A DNA stretch of 64,000 bases from an uncultured Acidimicrobiia bacterium (GTDB lineage: Bacteria > Actinomycetota > Acidimicrobiia > Acidimicrobiales > AC-14): contig CAWIIV010000013.1 of the NCBI GenBank assembly GCA_963836205.1, positions 1-64,000 on the forward strand, given 5' to 3'. The notes below the pieces were generated by a model. The model made no database searches, had not been told where the DNA came from, and saw only the letters and a list, made by a program, of their open reading frames with translations. Position 1 is the first letter of the stretch. Each line of letters starts with the position of its first letter. Below, in pieces: positions 8,959 through 20,267 of this stretch. Position numbers and translations under genes: made by a program.

Positions 8959-9801
8959 ATGCGGCTGATCCTTGGCGCGCGCCTCTACGACGTCACCACC
9001 CGTGCGCTCGTCATGGGCATCCTCAACCGCACGCCCGACTCGTTCTTCGACAAAGGCGCCACGTGGGACTTCGACGCCTTCCTCCGCCGGGCCGAGCAAT
9101 TGGTGGAGGAGGGCGCCGACATCCTCGACGTCGGCGGGGTGAAGGCCGGTCCGGGGCCCCACGTCACCGAGGAGGAGGAGCTCGACCGGGTCGTCCCCGC
9201 CCTGGAGGCGCTCCACGCCCGTTTCGACGTCCCCCTGTCGGTCGACACCACCCGGGCGGCGGTGGCCAGAGCCGGCTTCGCCGCGGGCGCGGTCGTGGGC
9301 AACGACATCAGTGGCTTCGCCGACCCCGACTACCTCGCCGTGAGCGCGGCGGCCGGGGCCACCGTCGTCGCCACCCACATCCGCCTCGCCCCCCGCGTTC
9401 CCGACCCCGATCCCCATTACGACGACCTCCTGGGCGAGGTCCGGGACTTCCTCGTGGAGTGCGCCCACCGGGCCGAGCAGTCGGGCATACCCCCCGACCG
9501 CATCGTCCTCGACGCCGGCCTCGATCTGGGCAAAACCGCCGGCCAGTCCCTCGAGCTCCTCCAGAAGTCGAAGCGGCTGGCCGAGCTCGGCTACCCCCTG
9601 CTCCTGTCGGCGTCGAACAAGACGTTCCTCGGCGTGCTCCTCGACCTCGACGTCACCCAGCGGCGGGACGCCTCCCTGGCGGCCACTGCCCTCGGCGTCG
9701 CCCGCGGCTGCCGCATCGTGCGGGCCCACGACGTCAAGGGCACCCGCCGGGTGTGCCGCACCATCGCCGCCATCCTCGAAGCGAGGACCGACACACCGTG
9801 A
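8959..9801 (+). CDS. folP: Dihydropteroate synthase
   Basis: MGILNRTPDSFFD, DILDVGG, SVDT, NDISG, SNK, RAHDV. Confidence 0.93.
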   Translation: MRLILGARLYDVTTRALVMGILNRTPDSFFDKGATWDFDAFLRRAEQLVEEGADILDVGGVKAGPGPHVTEEEELDRVVPALEALHARFDVPLSVDTTRAAVARAGFAAGAVVGNDISGFADPDYLAVSAAAGATVVATHIRLAPRVPDPDPHYDDLLGEVRDFLVECAHRAEQSGIPPDRIVLDAGLDLGKTAGQSLELLQKSKRLAELGYPLLLSASNKTFLGVLLDLDVTQRRDASLAATALGVARGCRIVRAHDVKGTRRVCRTIAAILEARTDTP

Positions 9802-10808
9802 GCCGCGGCGACACCCCCGTCTTCCCCGTCTACCTGGTCAAGGGCGACGACACCACCTTGGTCGCCGACGCCGTCCATGCCCTGGTCGCCGAGCTGGTGG
9901 GCGACGACGACGCCGCCCTCGTGGTGGAGGAGCTCTCGGGCGACTACGAGCTGCGGGCGGTGGTCGACGCGGCCCAGACACCGCCGTTCTTCGGCGGCCA
10001 CCGGGTCGTCGTGGCCCGCGATGTCGGCCGTTTCCTCACCGCCGACGTGGCCCCCCTGGTCGCTTACCTGGCCGATCCCCTCGACACGACCCGCCTGGTC
10101 CTGGTCGGTGGCGGCGGGCAGCTCTCCCGGGCCGTCGCCGACGCGGTGCGCAAGGTCGGGCACGTGGTCGACGCCACCGCCCCCACCGGCCGCAACCGCT
10201 CGACCTGGCTGGCGGCCCGGATCAAGGAGGGCCCCGTCCGCCTCGACGCGGCCGCCGCCGACCTCGCCGGCCGCCACCTGGGCGACGACCTCGGCCGGCT
10301 GACGTCGCTCCTGGAGACGCTGGCGGTGGCCTACGGCGCCGGCGCCCGCCTCGGGCCGGAGGAGGTGGCGCCCTTCCTGGGCGAGGCCGGGGGCGTCGCC
10401 CCCTGGGAGCTCACCGACGCCATCGATCGGGGCGACACCGTGGCCGCCCTCACCACCCTCCACCGGCTGACGGCGGCGGGCGGGCGCCATCCGCTCGTCG
10501 TGCTGGCCACGCTCCACACCCACTTCGCCCGCATGCTCCGCCTCGACGGTGCCGACGCCCCCGACGAGGCGACCGCGGCCCAACTCCTGGGGATGACGGG
10601 GTCGACGTTCCCGGCCAAGAAGGCGCTGCTCCAGGCCCGCCGCCTCGGCTCGGCCCCGATCACCCGGGCCATCACCCTCCTGGCCGACGCCGACATGGCC
10701 CTCAAGGGCGCGACGGAGTGGTCGGGCGATCTGGTGCTGGAGGTGTTGGTGGCCCGCCTCTGCCGGCTGGCGCCATCGACCCGCCGCGACAGCAGCCGCG
10801 GCCGGTAG
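9798..10808 (+). CDS. holA: DNA polymerase III delta subunit
   Basis: VYLVKGDD, TPPFFG, WELTDAI, ADMALKG; canonical comEC-holA-rpsT synteny. Confidence 0.88.
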   Translation: MSRGDTPVFPVYLVKGDDTTLVADAVHALVAELVGDDDAALVVEELSGDYELRAVVDAAQTPPFFGGHRVVVARDVGRFLTADVAPLVAYLADPLDTTRLVLVGGGGQLSRAVADAVRKVGHVVDATAPTGRNRSTWLAARIKEGPVRLDAAAADLAGRHLGDDLGRLTSLLETLAVAYGAGARLGPEEVAPFLGEAGGVAPWELTDAIDRGDTVAALTTLHRLTAAGGRHPLVVLATLHTHFARMLRLDGADAPDEATAAQLLGMTGSTFPAKKALLQARRLGSAPITRAITLLADADMALKGATEWSGDLVLEVLVARLCRLAPSTRRDSSRGR

Positions 10809-11072
10809 CTACTTCGAGGCGGCTGCCACCCGCTTCATCAGGGCCGACTTGCGGTTCGACGCTTGGTTGGGGTGGATGATGCCCTGGGCCGCGGCCTTGT
10901 CGATGCGCTTGACCGCCATGCGGACCGCGTCGAGGCTGGTGTCGGCATCTGCCTTGATCGCGACGTTGGCGTTCTTGACGCGCGTCTTGATCTCGGACTT
11001 GACGGCCTTGTTCCGCAGGCGGCGAACCTCGTTCTGCCGGTTGCGCTTGATTTGACTCTTGATGTTCGCCAT
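10809..11072 (-). CDS. rpsT: 30S ribosomal protein S20
   Basis: MANIKSQIKRNRQNE...IDKAAAQGIIHPNQASNRKS. Confidence 0.97.
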   Translation of the reverse strand: MANIKSQIKRNRQNEVRRLRNKAVKSEIKTRVKNANVAIKADADTSLDAVRMAVKRIDKAAAQGIIHPNQASNRKSALMKRVAAASK

Positions 11073-11142
11073 GGCCCGACCAGGGTACCAGCGGCCACGG
11101 GCGCGGCCGACTGGCGCGCCCGGCCTGGGCCAGACTCGGGGC

Positions 11143-11613
11143 GTGCTGCTGGCCGGCCTGGAGGGCAACGAGCTCGAGCTGCGGGTCGTCGGCTACCAGT
11201 TCCCCGACGACGACACCGATCCGTGGGACTCCAACTGGCTGCTCGTGTCGGTGCGGGTGGTCTCGCCCGCCGGCACGTGGGAGGTCGTCGACCCGTGCCT
11301 GACCACATGGGAGGCCAAGCACCTGGTGCGGTGGCTGGTGAACGCGGCCGCCCGCGACCCTGGCGCCAGCCCGGTGACGTTCAGCGAACCCAACCTGGTC
11401 GTGTCCGCCCGCGCCAAGCCGGGCGACGCCAACCGGGTGCTGCTGCGGGCCGCGTTCCAGCTCGAACTGCGACCGCCGTGGGCCCGGGGCAGCGGGGGTG
11501 CGGAGCTGGCCGTGGAGCTCGACGTGGGCCGGGCCGCGCTGGCCCGGGCGGCGGCGTCGCTGGTCACCGACCTGGTCCGATTCCCGCAACGGGGCGACGA
11601 CCCAACTCTCTGA
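11143..11613 (+). CDS. WapI-like immunity-family hypothetical protein
   Basis: LELRVVGYQFP...WDSNWL...DPCLTTWEA...FSEPNL pattern; start codon uncertain. Confidence 0.55.
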   Translation: MLLAGLEGNELELRVVGYQFPDDDTDPWDSNWLLVSVRVVSPAGTWEVVDPCLTTWEAKHLVRWLVNAAARDPGASPVTFSEPNLVVSARAKPGDANRVLLRAAFQLELRPPWARGSGGAELAVELDVGRAALARAAASLVTDLVRFPQRGDDPTL

Positions 11614-11632
11614 GGCCCCTAGTCTGGCCGGC

Positions 11633-12382
11633 ATGGCCACTTTTGCCCTCGTCCACGGCGCCTGGTTCGGCGGATGGTGCTGGACCCCCCTCGCCGTCGA
11701 ACTGCGCAAGATGGGTCACACCGTCGTGGCCCCCGACCTGCCCATCGAGGACCCCGAGGCCGGCATCGCCGAGTACGCCGCCGCCATCGAGCGGGCCCTC
11801 GACGACGCAGGCGCCCACGACGGCGGCACTCTCGCCGGCGAGGACGTCATCCTCGTCGGCCACTCGATCGGCGGGCTGGTTATCCCGGTCGTCGCCGAGC
11901 ACCGTCCGATCGCCGGGCTCATCTTCCTGTGCGCCTTCCTGCCCGACCCGGGCGAGCCCATGCACATCGACGAGGACACGTTCTCGCCGGCGTGGGGCGC
12001 ATTGTCGGCCAAACAGGCCACCCACGACGACGGGTCGACGTCGTGGCCGGTCGACGCGGCCATCCAGGCGTTCTTCCACGACTGCGAGCTGGCCGTCGCC
12101 CAACGTTGCGCCCGCCAGCTCCGCCGCCAGTCGTGGACGCCGGCCAACCAGGAGAACCCGCTCAAGGCCCTGCCCACCGCCCCCGCGGCCTACGTCCTGT
12201 GCACCGACGACCGTTCGATCGCCCCCGGCTGGTCCCGCCGCATGGCCCGCAGCCGGCTGGGCGTCGACCCCATCGAACTTCCCGGCGGCCACTCTCCGAT
12301 GATCGTCGACCCCGCCCTCGTGGCCGACCTGTTCGACCAGATGGCCGCCGGCCTGGCCCAACTCCGCCAGCCGCCCACGTAA
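11633..12382 (+). CDS. Alpha/beta hydrolase (methylesterase-like)
   Basis: LVHGAWFGGWCW, nucleophile elbow GHSIGG, CTDD and GHSPM. Confidence 0.88.
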   Translation: MATFALVHGAWFGGWCWTPLAVELRKMGHTVVAPDLPIEDPEAGIAEYAAAIERALDDAGAHDGGTLAGEDVILVGHSIGGLVIPVVAEHRPIAGLIFLCAFLPDPGEPMHIDEDTFSPAWGALSAKQATHDDGSTSWPVDAAIQAFFHDCELAVAQRCARQLRRQSWTPANQENPLKALPTAPAAYVLCTDDRSIAPGWSRRMARSRLGVDPIELPGGHSPMIVDPALVADLFDQMAAGLAQLRQPPT

Positions 12383-12393
12383 CCCGGCCCGCG

Positions 12394-12442
12394 TTCGTGG
12401 GCATGAAAAGGGGTGCCTGCCGCACCTTTTGATGCCCACGAA
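12394..12442. repeat. 49-bp palindromic repeat, family A copy 1
   Basis: TTCGTGGGCAT-GAAAAGG...CCTTTT-GATGCCCACGAA; reverse complement matches 40978-41026 at 40/49 by manual alignment. Confidence 0.7.
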
Positions 12443-12517
12443 TGGTCGGCGACTGGCACGCCGAACCGGCGGTCGGGCCTGTAGGACAATGGGTGCCCAG
12501 TAGAAATCTGAAGGGCC

Positions 12518-14305
12518 ATGATCTCCCGCGACCGCATCCGCAACCTGTCGATCATCAGCCACATCGACCACGGCAAGACCACTCTGTCCGACCGCATCCT
12601 CGAGCTGACGGGTGCGGTCGACGCCCGCGACATGCGGGAGCAGTACCTCGACTCGATGGACCTCGAGCGGGAGCGGGGCATCACCATCAAGGCCCAGAAC
12701 GTGCGCCTGCCGTGGAAGGGCTTCACCATCCACCTCATCGACACGCCCGGCCACGTCGACTTCGGGTACGAGGTCTCGCGATCGCTGGCCGCCTGTGAGG
12801 GCGCCATCCTCCTGGTCGACGCCACCCAGGGCATCGAGGCCCAGACCCTCGCCACCTGCTACCAGGCCATCGAGGCCAACCTCGAGATCGTGGCCGCGGT
12901 GAACAAGGTCGACCTGCCCGCGGCCGACCCCGACCGGGTGGAGGACGAGATCGAGAAGGTCCTCGGCATCGACAAGTCGACGATCCTGCGCATCAGCGCC
13001 AAGACCGGCGAGGGCGTGCCCGAGCTGCTCGACGCGGCCTGCGCCCGCATCCCGGCCCCCAAGGGCGACCCCGAGGCCCCGCTCCAGGCCCTCATCTTCG
13101 ACTCGATGTACGACCAGTACCGGGGCGTGATCAGCGCGGTGCGGGTGTTCAACGGCGTGCTCTCCACCGGCGCCCGCCTCCGCTTCATCCAGGCCGGGGC
13201 GGTCCACGACGCCGACGAGGTCGGCGTGCGGGCGCCTGCGCTCGCTCCCATCGCCGAGCTCGGCCCGGGCGAGGTCGGCTACCTCGTGGCCGGCATCAAG
13301 GACGTGAGCGAGGCCCGATCGGGCGAGACGGTCACCGAGGCGGGACGCCCGACCACCGAGCCGTTGATGGGCTACCGGGAGCCCAAGCCCATGGTGTTCT
13401 GCGGGCTGTACCCGGTCGACGGCGACGACTACTCCGACTTCCGCGACGCCCTCGACCGTCTCCGCCTCAATGACTCCTCGTTCACCTTCGAGCCGGAGAC
13501 CAGCGGCGTGCTCGGGTTCGGGTTCCGTTGCGGGTTCCTCGGGCTGCTGCACATGGAGATCGTGCGGGAGCGCCTGGAGCGGGAGTTCGACCTCAGCCTC
13601 ATCGCCACCGTCCCGTCGGTGGAGTACCGGGCCCACCTGGTGAACGGCCAGATGGTGGAGGTCGACAACCCGGCCGACATGCCCCCGCCCAACAAGCTCA
13701 AGTCGATCGAGGAGCCCTTCCTCACCCTCACCATCCTCCTGCCGTCCGATTACACGGGCGCGGTCATCGACCTGTGCCAGGGCCGGCGGGGCGAGATGAA
13801 GAAGATGGAGTACCTGTCGCCCGAGCGGCTGGAGCTCGTCTACCGGGTGCCGTTGGCCGAGGTCATCATCGACTTCTTCGACCAGCTCAAGAGCCGCACC
13901 AAGGGCTACGCCAGCCTCGACTACGAGCCCGACGGCTACGAGGAGAGCGACCTGGTGAAGGTCGACCTCCTCCTCAACGGCCAGCCGGCCGACGCCTTCA
14001 GCTGCATCCTCCACAAGTCCCGCTCGGAGGACTACGGCCGGCGGATGACCGAGAAGCTGCGCGAGCTGATCCCCCGCCAGCAGTACGACGTCCCCATCCA
14101 GGCGGCCATCGGCGGACGCATCATCGCCCGCACCACGGTGAAGGCCGTCCGCAAAGATGTCATCGCCAAGTGTTACGGCGGCGACATCACGCGGAAGAAC
14201 AAGCTTCTCGACAAGCAGAAGGAGGGCAAGAAGCGGATGAAGTCGATCGGGCGGGTCGAAGTCCCGCAGGAGGCCTTCATCTCCGCCCTCCGGTTGGAGG
14301 AATGA
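12518..14305 (+). CDS. lepA: Elongation factor 4 (LepA)
   Basis: [53 protein letters not shown]. Confidence 0.97.
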   Translation: MISRDRIRNLSIISHIDHGKTTLSDRILELTGAVDARDMREQYLDSMDLERERGITIKAQNVRLPWKGFTIHLIDTPGHVDFGYEVSRSLAACEGAILLVDATQGIEAQTLATCYQAIEANLEIVAAVNKVDLPAADPDRVEDEIEKVLGIDKSTILRISAKTGEGVPELLDAACARIPAPKGDPEAPLQALIFDSMYDQYRGVISAVRVFNGVLSTGARLRFIQAGAVHDADEVGVRAPALAPIAELGPGEVGYLVAGIKDVSEARSGETVTEAGRPTTEPLMGYREPKPMVFCGLYPVDGDDYSDFRDALDRLRLNDSSFTFEPETSGVLGFGFRCGFLGLLHMEIVRERLEREFDLSLIATVPSVEYRAHLVNGQMVEVDNPADMPPPNKLKSIEEPFLTLTILLPSDYTGAVIDLCQGRRGEMKKMEYLSPERLELVYRVPLAEVIIDFFDQLKSRTKGYASLDYEPDGYEESDLVKVDLLLNGQPADAFSCILHKSRSEDYGRRMTEKLRELIPRQQYDVPIQAAIGGRIIARTTVKAVRKDVIAKCYGGDITRKNKLLDKQKEGKKRMKSIGRVEVPQEAFISALRLEE

Positions 14306-14315
14306 GGCTGGAGGA

Positions 14316-15077
14316 GTGACGGCCCGGGGGCGGCCGCACGTCGGCTGCTCGGGATGGATGTACCAGCACTGGCGGGGACCGGTGTACCCCCCCGACCTGC
14401 CCCAGCGGCGGTGGTTCGAGCACTACGCCTCGCTGTTCGACACGGTCGAGGTCAACAACACCTTCTACCGCTTGCCGCCGGAGACGACCGCCGAGGGCTG
14501 GGCCGCCCAGGCGCCACCCGGGTTCGTGTACTCCCTCAAGCTGGGCCAGTTCGGCTCCCACCGGATGAAGCTCAAGGACGCGGCGTCGTGGCTACCGAAC
14601 CACCTCGACCGGGTCGAGCGCCTCGGCCACCATGCCGGGCCCACCCTGGTGCAGCTCCCGCCCCGGTGGAAGCGGGACGCGGCCCGGCTCGACGACTTCC
14701 TCACGGTCGCACCTAGGGACCGGCGGTGGGCAGTCGAGGTGCGGGAGGAGTCGTGGCTGCACGAGGAGGTCTACGACGTCCTCCGCCGGCACGGGGCCGC
14801 CCTCTGCATCCACGACCTGCTGGCCGGCATCCCCTGGGAGCTGACCACCGACTGGTCGTACTGGCGTTTCCACGGCGTCGACGCCCGCAACCGCCCCTAC
14901 CAGGGCCGCTACGGTCCCGACGGCCTGTTCTGGCCGGTCGAGCGCATGACCTACTGGCTCGGCCGGGGCCACGACGTCTACGCCTATTTCAACAACGACG
15001 ACTCCGGCTTCGCGGTGGAGGACGCCCGCTGGCTGGCCGACCGCCTTCGAGCCGGTCCGATCTCGGATCACCGGTAG
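14316..15077 (+). CDS. DUF72 family protein
   Basis: GCSGWMYQHWRG..YP, TVEVNNTFYRLP, VQLPP, YFNND. Confidence 0.9.
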   Translation: MTARGRPHVGCSGWMYQHWRGPVYPPDLPQRRWFEHYASLFDTVEVNNTFYRLPPETTAEGWAAQAPPGFVYSLKLGQFGSHRMKLKDAASWLPNHLDRVERLGHHAGPTLVQLPPRWKRDAARLDDFLTVAPRDRRWAVEVREESWLHEEVYDVLRRHGAALCIHDLLAGIPWELTTDWSYWRFHGVDARNRPYQGRYGPDGLFWPVERMTYWLGRGHDVYAYFNNDDSGFAVEDARWLADRLRAGPISDHR

Positions 15078-15163
15078 GGACGTGCCCGCGGGCGTCGGCG
15101 GGCCGCGGGCGGCCGCTCGCCGTACACTGCGCGACAGGTCCAGTTCAGCATCGGGAGGCTGCG

Positions 15164-16789
15164 ATGAGGAGCAAGGGTTGGGGTAGTCGGTTGGCCGTCC
15201 TGATGGTCTTCTGCCTGACGGCGGTGGCCTGCGGGAGCGACGACGATACCGGCGGGACGGGAGGCACCGCGGGCGCGTCCGACTCGATCGTCGTCGGCAC
15301 CACCGACTCGTTGCAGAACAGCTTCGACCCGGCCGAGGCCTACGACCTGTTCGCCTCCACCATCGACTTCAACACGGCCGAGACCCTCGTCACCTACGCC
15401 CCCAACGCCACCGAGCCGTCGCCCCTGCTGGCCGCGGCCATGCCCACGGTGTCGGCCGACGGCACCGTCTACACCTTCGAGCTGCGGCCCGACGTGAAGT
15501 TCCACGACGGCACCGCTCTCGACTCGGCGGCGGTGAAGTTCTCGTTGGAGCGGGCCCGTGACTTCGGCCGCAAGGACGCCGAGGCGGCCGGCTTCCTCCT
15601 CGACTCGATCGCCGGCATCGCCACGCCGACGGCGACGAAGGTCGAGATCACCCTGGCCAAGCCCAACGTGACGTTCCTGTCCCGCCTCGCCTTCACCGTG
15701 GCCAGCATCGTCAGCCCGACCGCCTACAAGGACCACGTGCTCGACGGCACCGAGGCCGAGGGCCCCGCGGTCCTGGCCAAGTACAAGACCGACACCATCG
15801 TCGGCACCGGCCCGTACAAGCTCGCCTCCTACAAGGAGAAGGAGTCGCTCACCCTGGAGGCCAACCCCGACTACTGGGGCGACGCACCGAAGACCGAGCG
15901 GGTCCTGATCCGCCTGTTCGACAAGTCGTCGGCCCTCAAGCTCGCCCTCCAGAACAAGGAGGTCGACGTCGCCTACCGGGCCCTGCAGCCCGACGACCTC
16001 AACTACTTCCGCGGCCAGGCCGGATTCAAGGTGATCGAGGGCCAGGGGCCGGGCATCCGCTACCTCACGTTCAACGTCAGCCAGCCGCCGTTCGACAACG
16101 TCGCCCTGCGCAAGGCGGTGGCGGCCGCGGTCGACCGCCAGGCCGTCGCCAACGAGGTCCTCAAGGGCACGGGCGTTCCCCTGATGTCGATGATCCCTCC
16201 CACCTTCAGCACCGCCTACGAGCCCAAGTGGGGCGAGCTCTACGGGGCGCCCGACAAGGCCAAGGTCGACCAGTACCTCACCGCCGCGGGCGTGGCCGAG
16301 GGCGCGAAGGTCGACCTCGACTTCTGGTTCAGCCCCACCCACTACGGCGACACCGAAGCGGCGGTGGCCCAGGTGATCGCCCGCAGCCTGGAGGAGACCG
16401 GCCGCTTCACGGTGAAGATCTCCAACGTCGAGTGGGCCGAGTACGGCACGAAGCGGCGGAACGGGGAGATGCCGCTGTTCCTCATGGGCTGGTACCCCGA
16501 CTACCTCGACGTCGACGACTACCTGGAGCCCTTCGCCGACATCAACGTGTTCGACCCGGCCAAGTGGGAGGACCCGCAGATGCTCGACCTGGTCCACGCC
16601 CAGCAGCGGGAGCTGAACTCGGCGGCCAGGACGGCCATCATCAAGCAGGCCCAGACGTACATGGCCGACCAGACGCCCTACGTGCCCATCTTCCAGATCT
16701 CGCAGTTCGCGGCGAGCGTCGACGGGGTCTCGGGCGTCGTGCTCGACCCCATCCAGCTGCTGCGGTTCTTCCTGATCGAGAAAGCCTGA
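15164..16789 (+). CDS. Peptide/nickel ABC transporter substrate-binding lipoprotein (family 5)
   Basis: Lipobox AVAC, FDPA, ETLV, YTFELRPDVKFHDGT, GTGPYKL, GWYPDY. Confidence 0.92.
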   Translation: MRSKGWGSRLAVLMVFCLTAVACGSDDDTGGTGGTAGASDSIVVGTTDSLQNSFDPAEAYDLFASTIDFNTAETLVTYAPNATEPSPLLAAAMPTVSADGTVYTFELRPDVKFHDGTALDSAAVKFSLERARDFGRKDAEAAGFLLDSIAGIATPTATKVEITLAKPNVTFLSRLAFTVASIVSPTAYKDHVLDGTEAEGPAVLAKYKTDTIVGTGPYKLASYKEKESLTLEANPDYWGDAPKTERVLIRLFDKSSALKLALQNKEVDVAYRALQPDDLNYFRGQAGFKVIEGQGPGIRYLTFNVSQPPFDNVALRKAVAAAVDRQAVANEVLKGTGVPLMSMIPPTFSTAYEPKWGELYGAPDKAKVDQYLTAAGVAEGAKVDLDFWFSPTHYGDTEAAVAQVIARSLEETGRFTVKISNVEWAEYGTKRRNGEMPLFLMGWYPDYLDVDDYLEPFADINVFDPAKWEDPQMLDLVHAQQRELNSAARTAIIKQAQTYMADQTPYVPIFQISQFAASVDGVSGVVLDPIQLLRFFLIEKA

Positions 16790-16814
16790 CGAGGAACTCC
16801 TGAACAACTGACGG

Positions 16815-17843
16815 GTGGCTTCGTCCGGAGGGGGCTCGCTCCGGGCCTACGTGTTGGCGCGGCTGCTGCTGGCCGTCCCCATGCTGTTCATCCTGCTGAC
16901 GGTCACCTTCGTGCTCCTGCGGGTGGCCCCCGGCGACCCGGTGACGGCCACCCTCGGGGGACGGGTGTCGGATGCCAGGGCTGACCAGATCCGCCACGAT
17001 CTCGGCCTCGACCGGCCCCTGTGGCAGCAGTACACGTCGTACCTGGGGGACGTGGCCCAGGGCGACTTCGGCCGGGCCATCACCACCAACCGCCCCCTGC
17101 GCACCACCATCGCCGACCGCTTCCCAGCCACCCTGGAGCTGACACTGGCGGCCATGGTGGTGGCCATCGGCGTCGGCGTGACGGTGGGGGCGGTGGCGGC
17201 CCGCTTCCGCGACACCCCCCTCGACGTGGGCGGGCGGCTCGTCGGCATCCTCCTCTACGCCGCGCCCATCTTCTGGCTGGGGATCATGCTCCAGCTGCTG
17301 TTCTCCATCCAGCTCCACTGGCTGCCCACGGGGGGACGGATCGCGCCCTTCCACGAGCCCCGGTCGATCACCCGGCTCTATCTCGTCGACGGGTTGCTGA
17401 CGGGGGACTGGGCCGCCCTGGGCAGCGCCTTCCGCTACCTGATCCTGCCCGCGGTGACCCTGGGGGTGGTGATCGGGGGGATCTTCATCCGCCTGGTGCG
17501 GGTCAACATGCTCCAGACGCTCAAGGCGGACTACGTGGAGGCGGCCCGGGCCCGGGGCATCGGCGAGCGGCGGGTGCTCTTCAACCACGCCTTCCGCAAC
17601 GCGCTGGTGCCGGTGGTGACGATCGTGGGCCTCCAGTTCGCCTTGCTGCTGGGCGGGGCCGTACTCACCGAGGCCACCTTCACCTGGCCAGGGATCGGCC
17701 TTTCGCTTTACCAGTTCCTCCAGAACCGGGACTACACCGCGGTGCAGGGGCTGGTGACGTTCTACGCCCTGTTCGTGGTCGGGGTCAGCCTGCTCATCGA
17801 CATCGTCTCGGCGTGGGTCGATCCCCGGATCCGATTCCAGTGA
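16815..17843 (+). CDS. Peptide ABC transporter permease (DppB/OppB-like)
   Basis: APGDP, GLDRPLWQQY, RFPATLEL, DYVEAARARG, HAFRNA, RDY. Confidence 0.92.
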   Translation: MASSGGGSLRAYVLARLLLAVPMLFILLTVTFVLLRVAPGDPVTATLGGRVSDARADQIRHDLGLDRPLWQQYTSYLGDVAQGDFGRAITTNRPLRTTIADRFPATLELTLAAMVVAIGVGVTVGAVAARFRDTPLDVGGRLVGILLYAAPIFWLGIMLQLLFSIQLHWLPTGGRIAPFHEPRSITRLYLVDGLLTGDWAALGSAFRYLILPAVTLGVVIGGIFIRLVRVNMLQTLKADYVEAARARGIGERRVLFNHAFRNALVPVVTIVGLQFALLLGGAVLTEATFTWPGIGLSLYQFLQNRDYTAVQGLVTFYALFVVGVSLLIDIVSAWVDPRIRFQ

Positions 17844-20267
17844 TCGGGCGTGGGGGTCGGCGGGCCGAGCGGATGCGGAGATTGTGGCGGACGACGCACC
17901 CCACCGCCCGCCGGCTGTTGGTGGCCGGTGGCGTGATCACCGGCCTGTTCCTGCTCATGGCCGTGTTCGCGCCCCTGGTGGCTCCGTACGGCGAGGCCGA
18001 GTACCAGGGGGTGCCGCAGCTGGGCCGGCCCAGCGCCGATCACTGGTTCGGCACGACCAACCTCCGCTACGACGTGTTCTCCCGGGTCGTGTTCGGCACC
18101 CGCCTGGCGTTCCAGGTGGTCATCCTGTCGACTGCGGTGGCGATGGTGATCGGGGTGCCCCTGGGCCTGGCCGCGGGGTACACCGGACGGTGGCTCGACC
18201 GCGTGCTCGTGCTGCTCATGGACGCCATGTACGCCTTCCCCAGCCTGCTGTTGGCCATCGTGGCCGCATTCGCCCTCGCCCGCTACGTCGGCCAGGGGGT
18301 GCCGGCGGCGGCCATCTCCATCTCCGTGATCTACGTCCCCCAGTACTTCCGGGTGGTGCGCAACCACACGCTGGCGGTGCGGGAGGAGGCGTTCGTGGAG
18401 GCGGCCCGAGCCATGGGCGCGCCCCGGCGGACGGTGGTCGGGCGGTACGTGCTGTTCAACGTGGTCCAGTCGGTGCCGGTGATCTTCACCGTCAACGCGG
18501 CCGACGCCATCCTCACCCTGGCCGCGCTGGGGTTCCTCGGCTACGGGGTGCCGATCCCGGCCGCCGAGTGGGGCTACGACATCTCCCGGGCCATCGGCGA
18601 CGTGGCCAACGGCTTCTGGTGGACGTCGCTGTTCCCGGGGCTGTTCATCCTGGCCCTGGTCACGGGCCTCACTCTGCTGGGGGAGGGGATCAACGACGTC
18701 GTCAACCCCCTGCTCCGCCGGCGGGGGGTCGGCGTCGGGGCGGTGGCGCCGGGAGCGGTCGTGGTGGAGCGGGCCTCCACGGTGGCGACGCCTTCGGTGG
18801 ACGCCGAGCGCGTCGACGGCGGTGTGGCCGACGCGCTGCCGGCCGCGGCCGTCGTCCTGGAGCCGCCGCCGGCGGAGATGGAGCCGGACACCGGGCCGGT
18901 CGCTGCGGTGCCGCCACCACCACCGCCGCCGGACCGGGCGGCGCGGGAGGACGTACCGGTCGCGGCCTCGAACCCGACGGAGAAGGTGGTGCCGGAGGAA
19001 GATGTACCGGTCGCCGCCTCGGCCCCGCCGGAGCGGGCGCTGCCGAAGGAGGACGTACCGGTACCGGTCGATCCCTCGGCCCCGCCGGAGCGGGTATCGG
19101 CGGAGGACGAACCAGTAGCGGCCTCGGCCCCGCCGGAGCGGTCGACGTCAGCGGACGTACCGGTCGCCGCCTCGGCCCCGCCGGCGGCCGCCGGGCGAGT
19201 CACGGCCGCGGTCCCGCCGCCGGCGGCCGACGTGGCCCTGTCGGTGCGCGACCTGCGGGTGACGTACGCCTCGTCCCGGGGCCCGGTGGTGGCGGTAGAC
19301 GGCGTCAGCCTGGACGTGAGGCGGGGTGAGAGCATCGGGCTGGTCGGGGAGAGCGGGTGCGGCAAGTCGACCCTCGGCCGGGGGATCCTGGGCATCCTCC
19401 CCGGGGGAGCGACCGCCAGCGGCCGGGTGGTCGTCGGCGGGGTGGAGCTGTCGGCGCTGGGTCCGGGGGAGCGCCGCCGGGCCCGGGGGGAGAAGGTGGC
19501 CCTCATCTTCCAGGAGCCGATGACCCGACTCGACCCCCTCCAGCGCATCGAGGACGCCTTCGTGGAGACGATCCGGGCCCACCGGCCGGAGGTGTCGCGA
19601 CGGGAGGCGTCCGCCATGGCCGCCACCGCCCTGGCCGCCATGCGCATCCCGCCCACCCGGGCCCGTCACTACCCGCACGAGTTCTCGGGCGGCATGCGCC
19701 AGCGGATCATGATCGCCCTCGGACTGGTGCTCGGCCCGGCCGTGCTGGTGGCCGACGAGCCCACCACCAGCCTCGACGTCATCGTCGAGGCCCAGATCCT
19801 CGAGATCCTCGACGACCTCCGCCGAGGGTCGGAGATGGCCCTCGTCCTCATCACCCACAACCTCGGGATCGTGGCCCAGACATGCGACCGGCTGGCCGTG
19901 ATGTACGCCGGCCACATCGTGGAGCAGGGCGCGGTCGGTGCCGTCTTCTCGACGCCCCGCCACCCCTACACCCGGGGCCTGCTGGCCAGCGTGATCAGCC
20001 TCGACACCGAGCGCCTGTCGTCGATCCCCGGCTCGCCGCCCGACCTCCTCGACCCGCCCCCCGGGATGCCGGTTCGCGCCTCGGTGCCCGTTCGCCATGG
20101 GCGTGTGCCAGGAGCAGGTGCCGGCCCTGGCCCCGATGGACGACGGCTCCCAGGTCGCCTGCCACCTGTACCCGGGCGCCGACACCCGCCATCCCGGACG
20201 CCGGTGGGTGCCGGCCGGCCGGCGGGAAGGCCTCGCCGACGCCCCGCTCGAAGCGAGCCTGGAGTGA
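17840..20267 (+). CDS. Fused peptide ABC permease (DppC)-ATPase (DppD); one extra base near 20057-20065
   Basis: Permease (HWFGT, FVEAARAMGA) plus repeat linker plus ATPase (GESGCGKS, FSGGMRQR, ADEPTT). The C-terminal CRFAPRCPFA...VACHLY continues in a shifted frame to TGA 20265-20267. Confidence 0.8.
18946..19190 (+). repeat. Five degenerate ~50-57-bp coding tandem repeats (EDVPVAASAPPER-like)
   Basis: Recurrent GGAGGACGTACCGGTCGCCGCCTCGGCCCCGCCGGAG in the permease-ATPase linker. Confidence 0.8.

Noticed and set aside
18946-19190. Spaced repeats resembling a mini-CRISPR
   Set aside because: Degenerate, in-frame coding repeats without unique spacers of constant length; no cas genes
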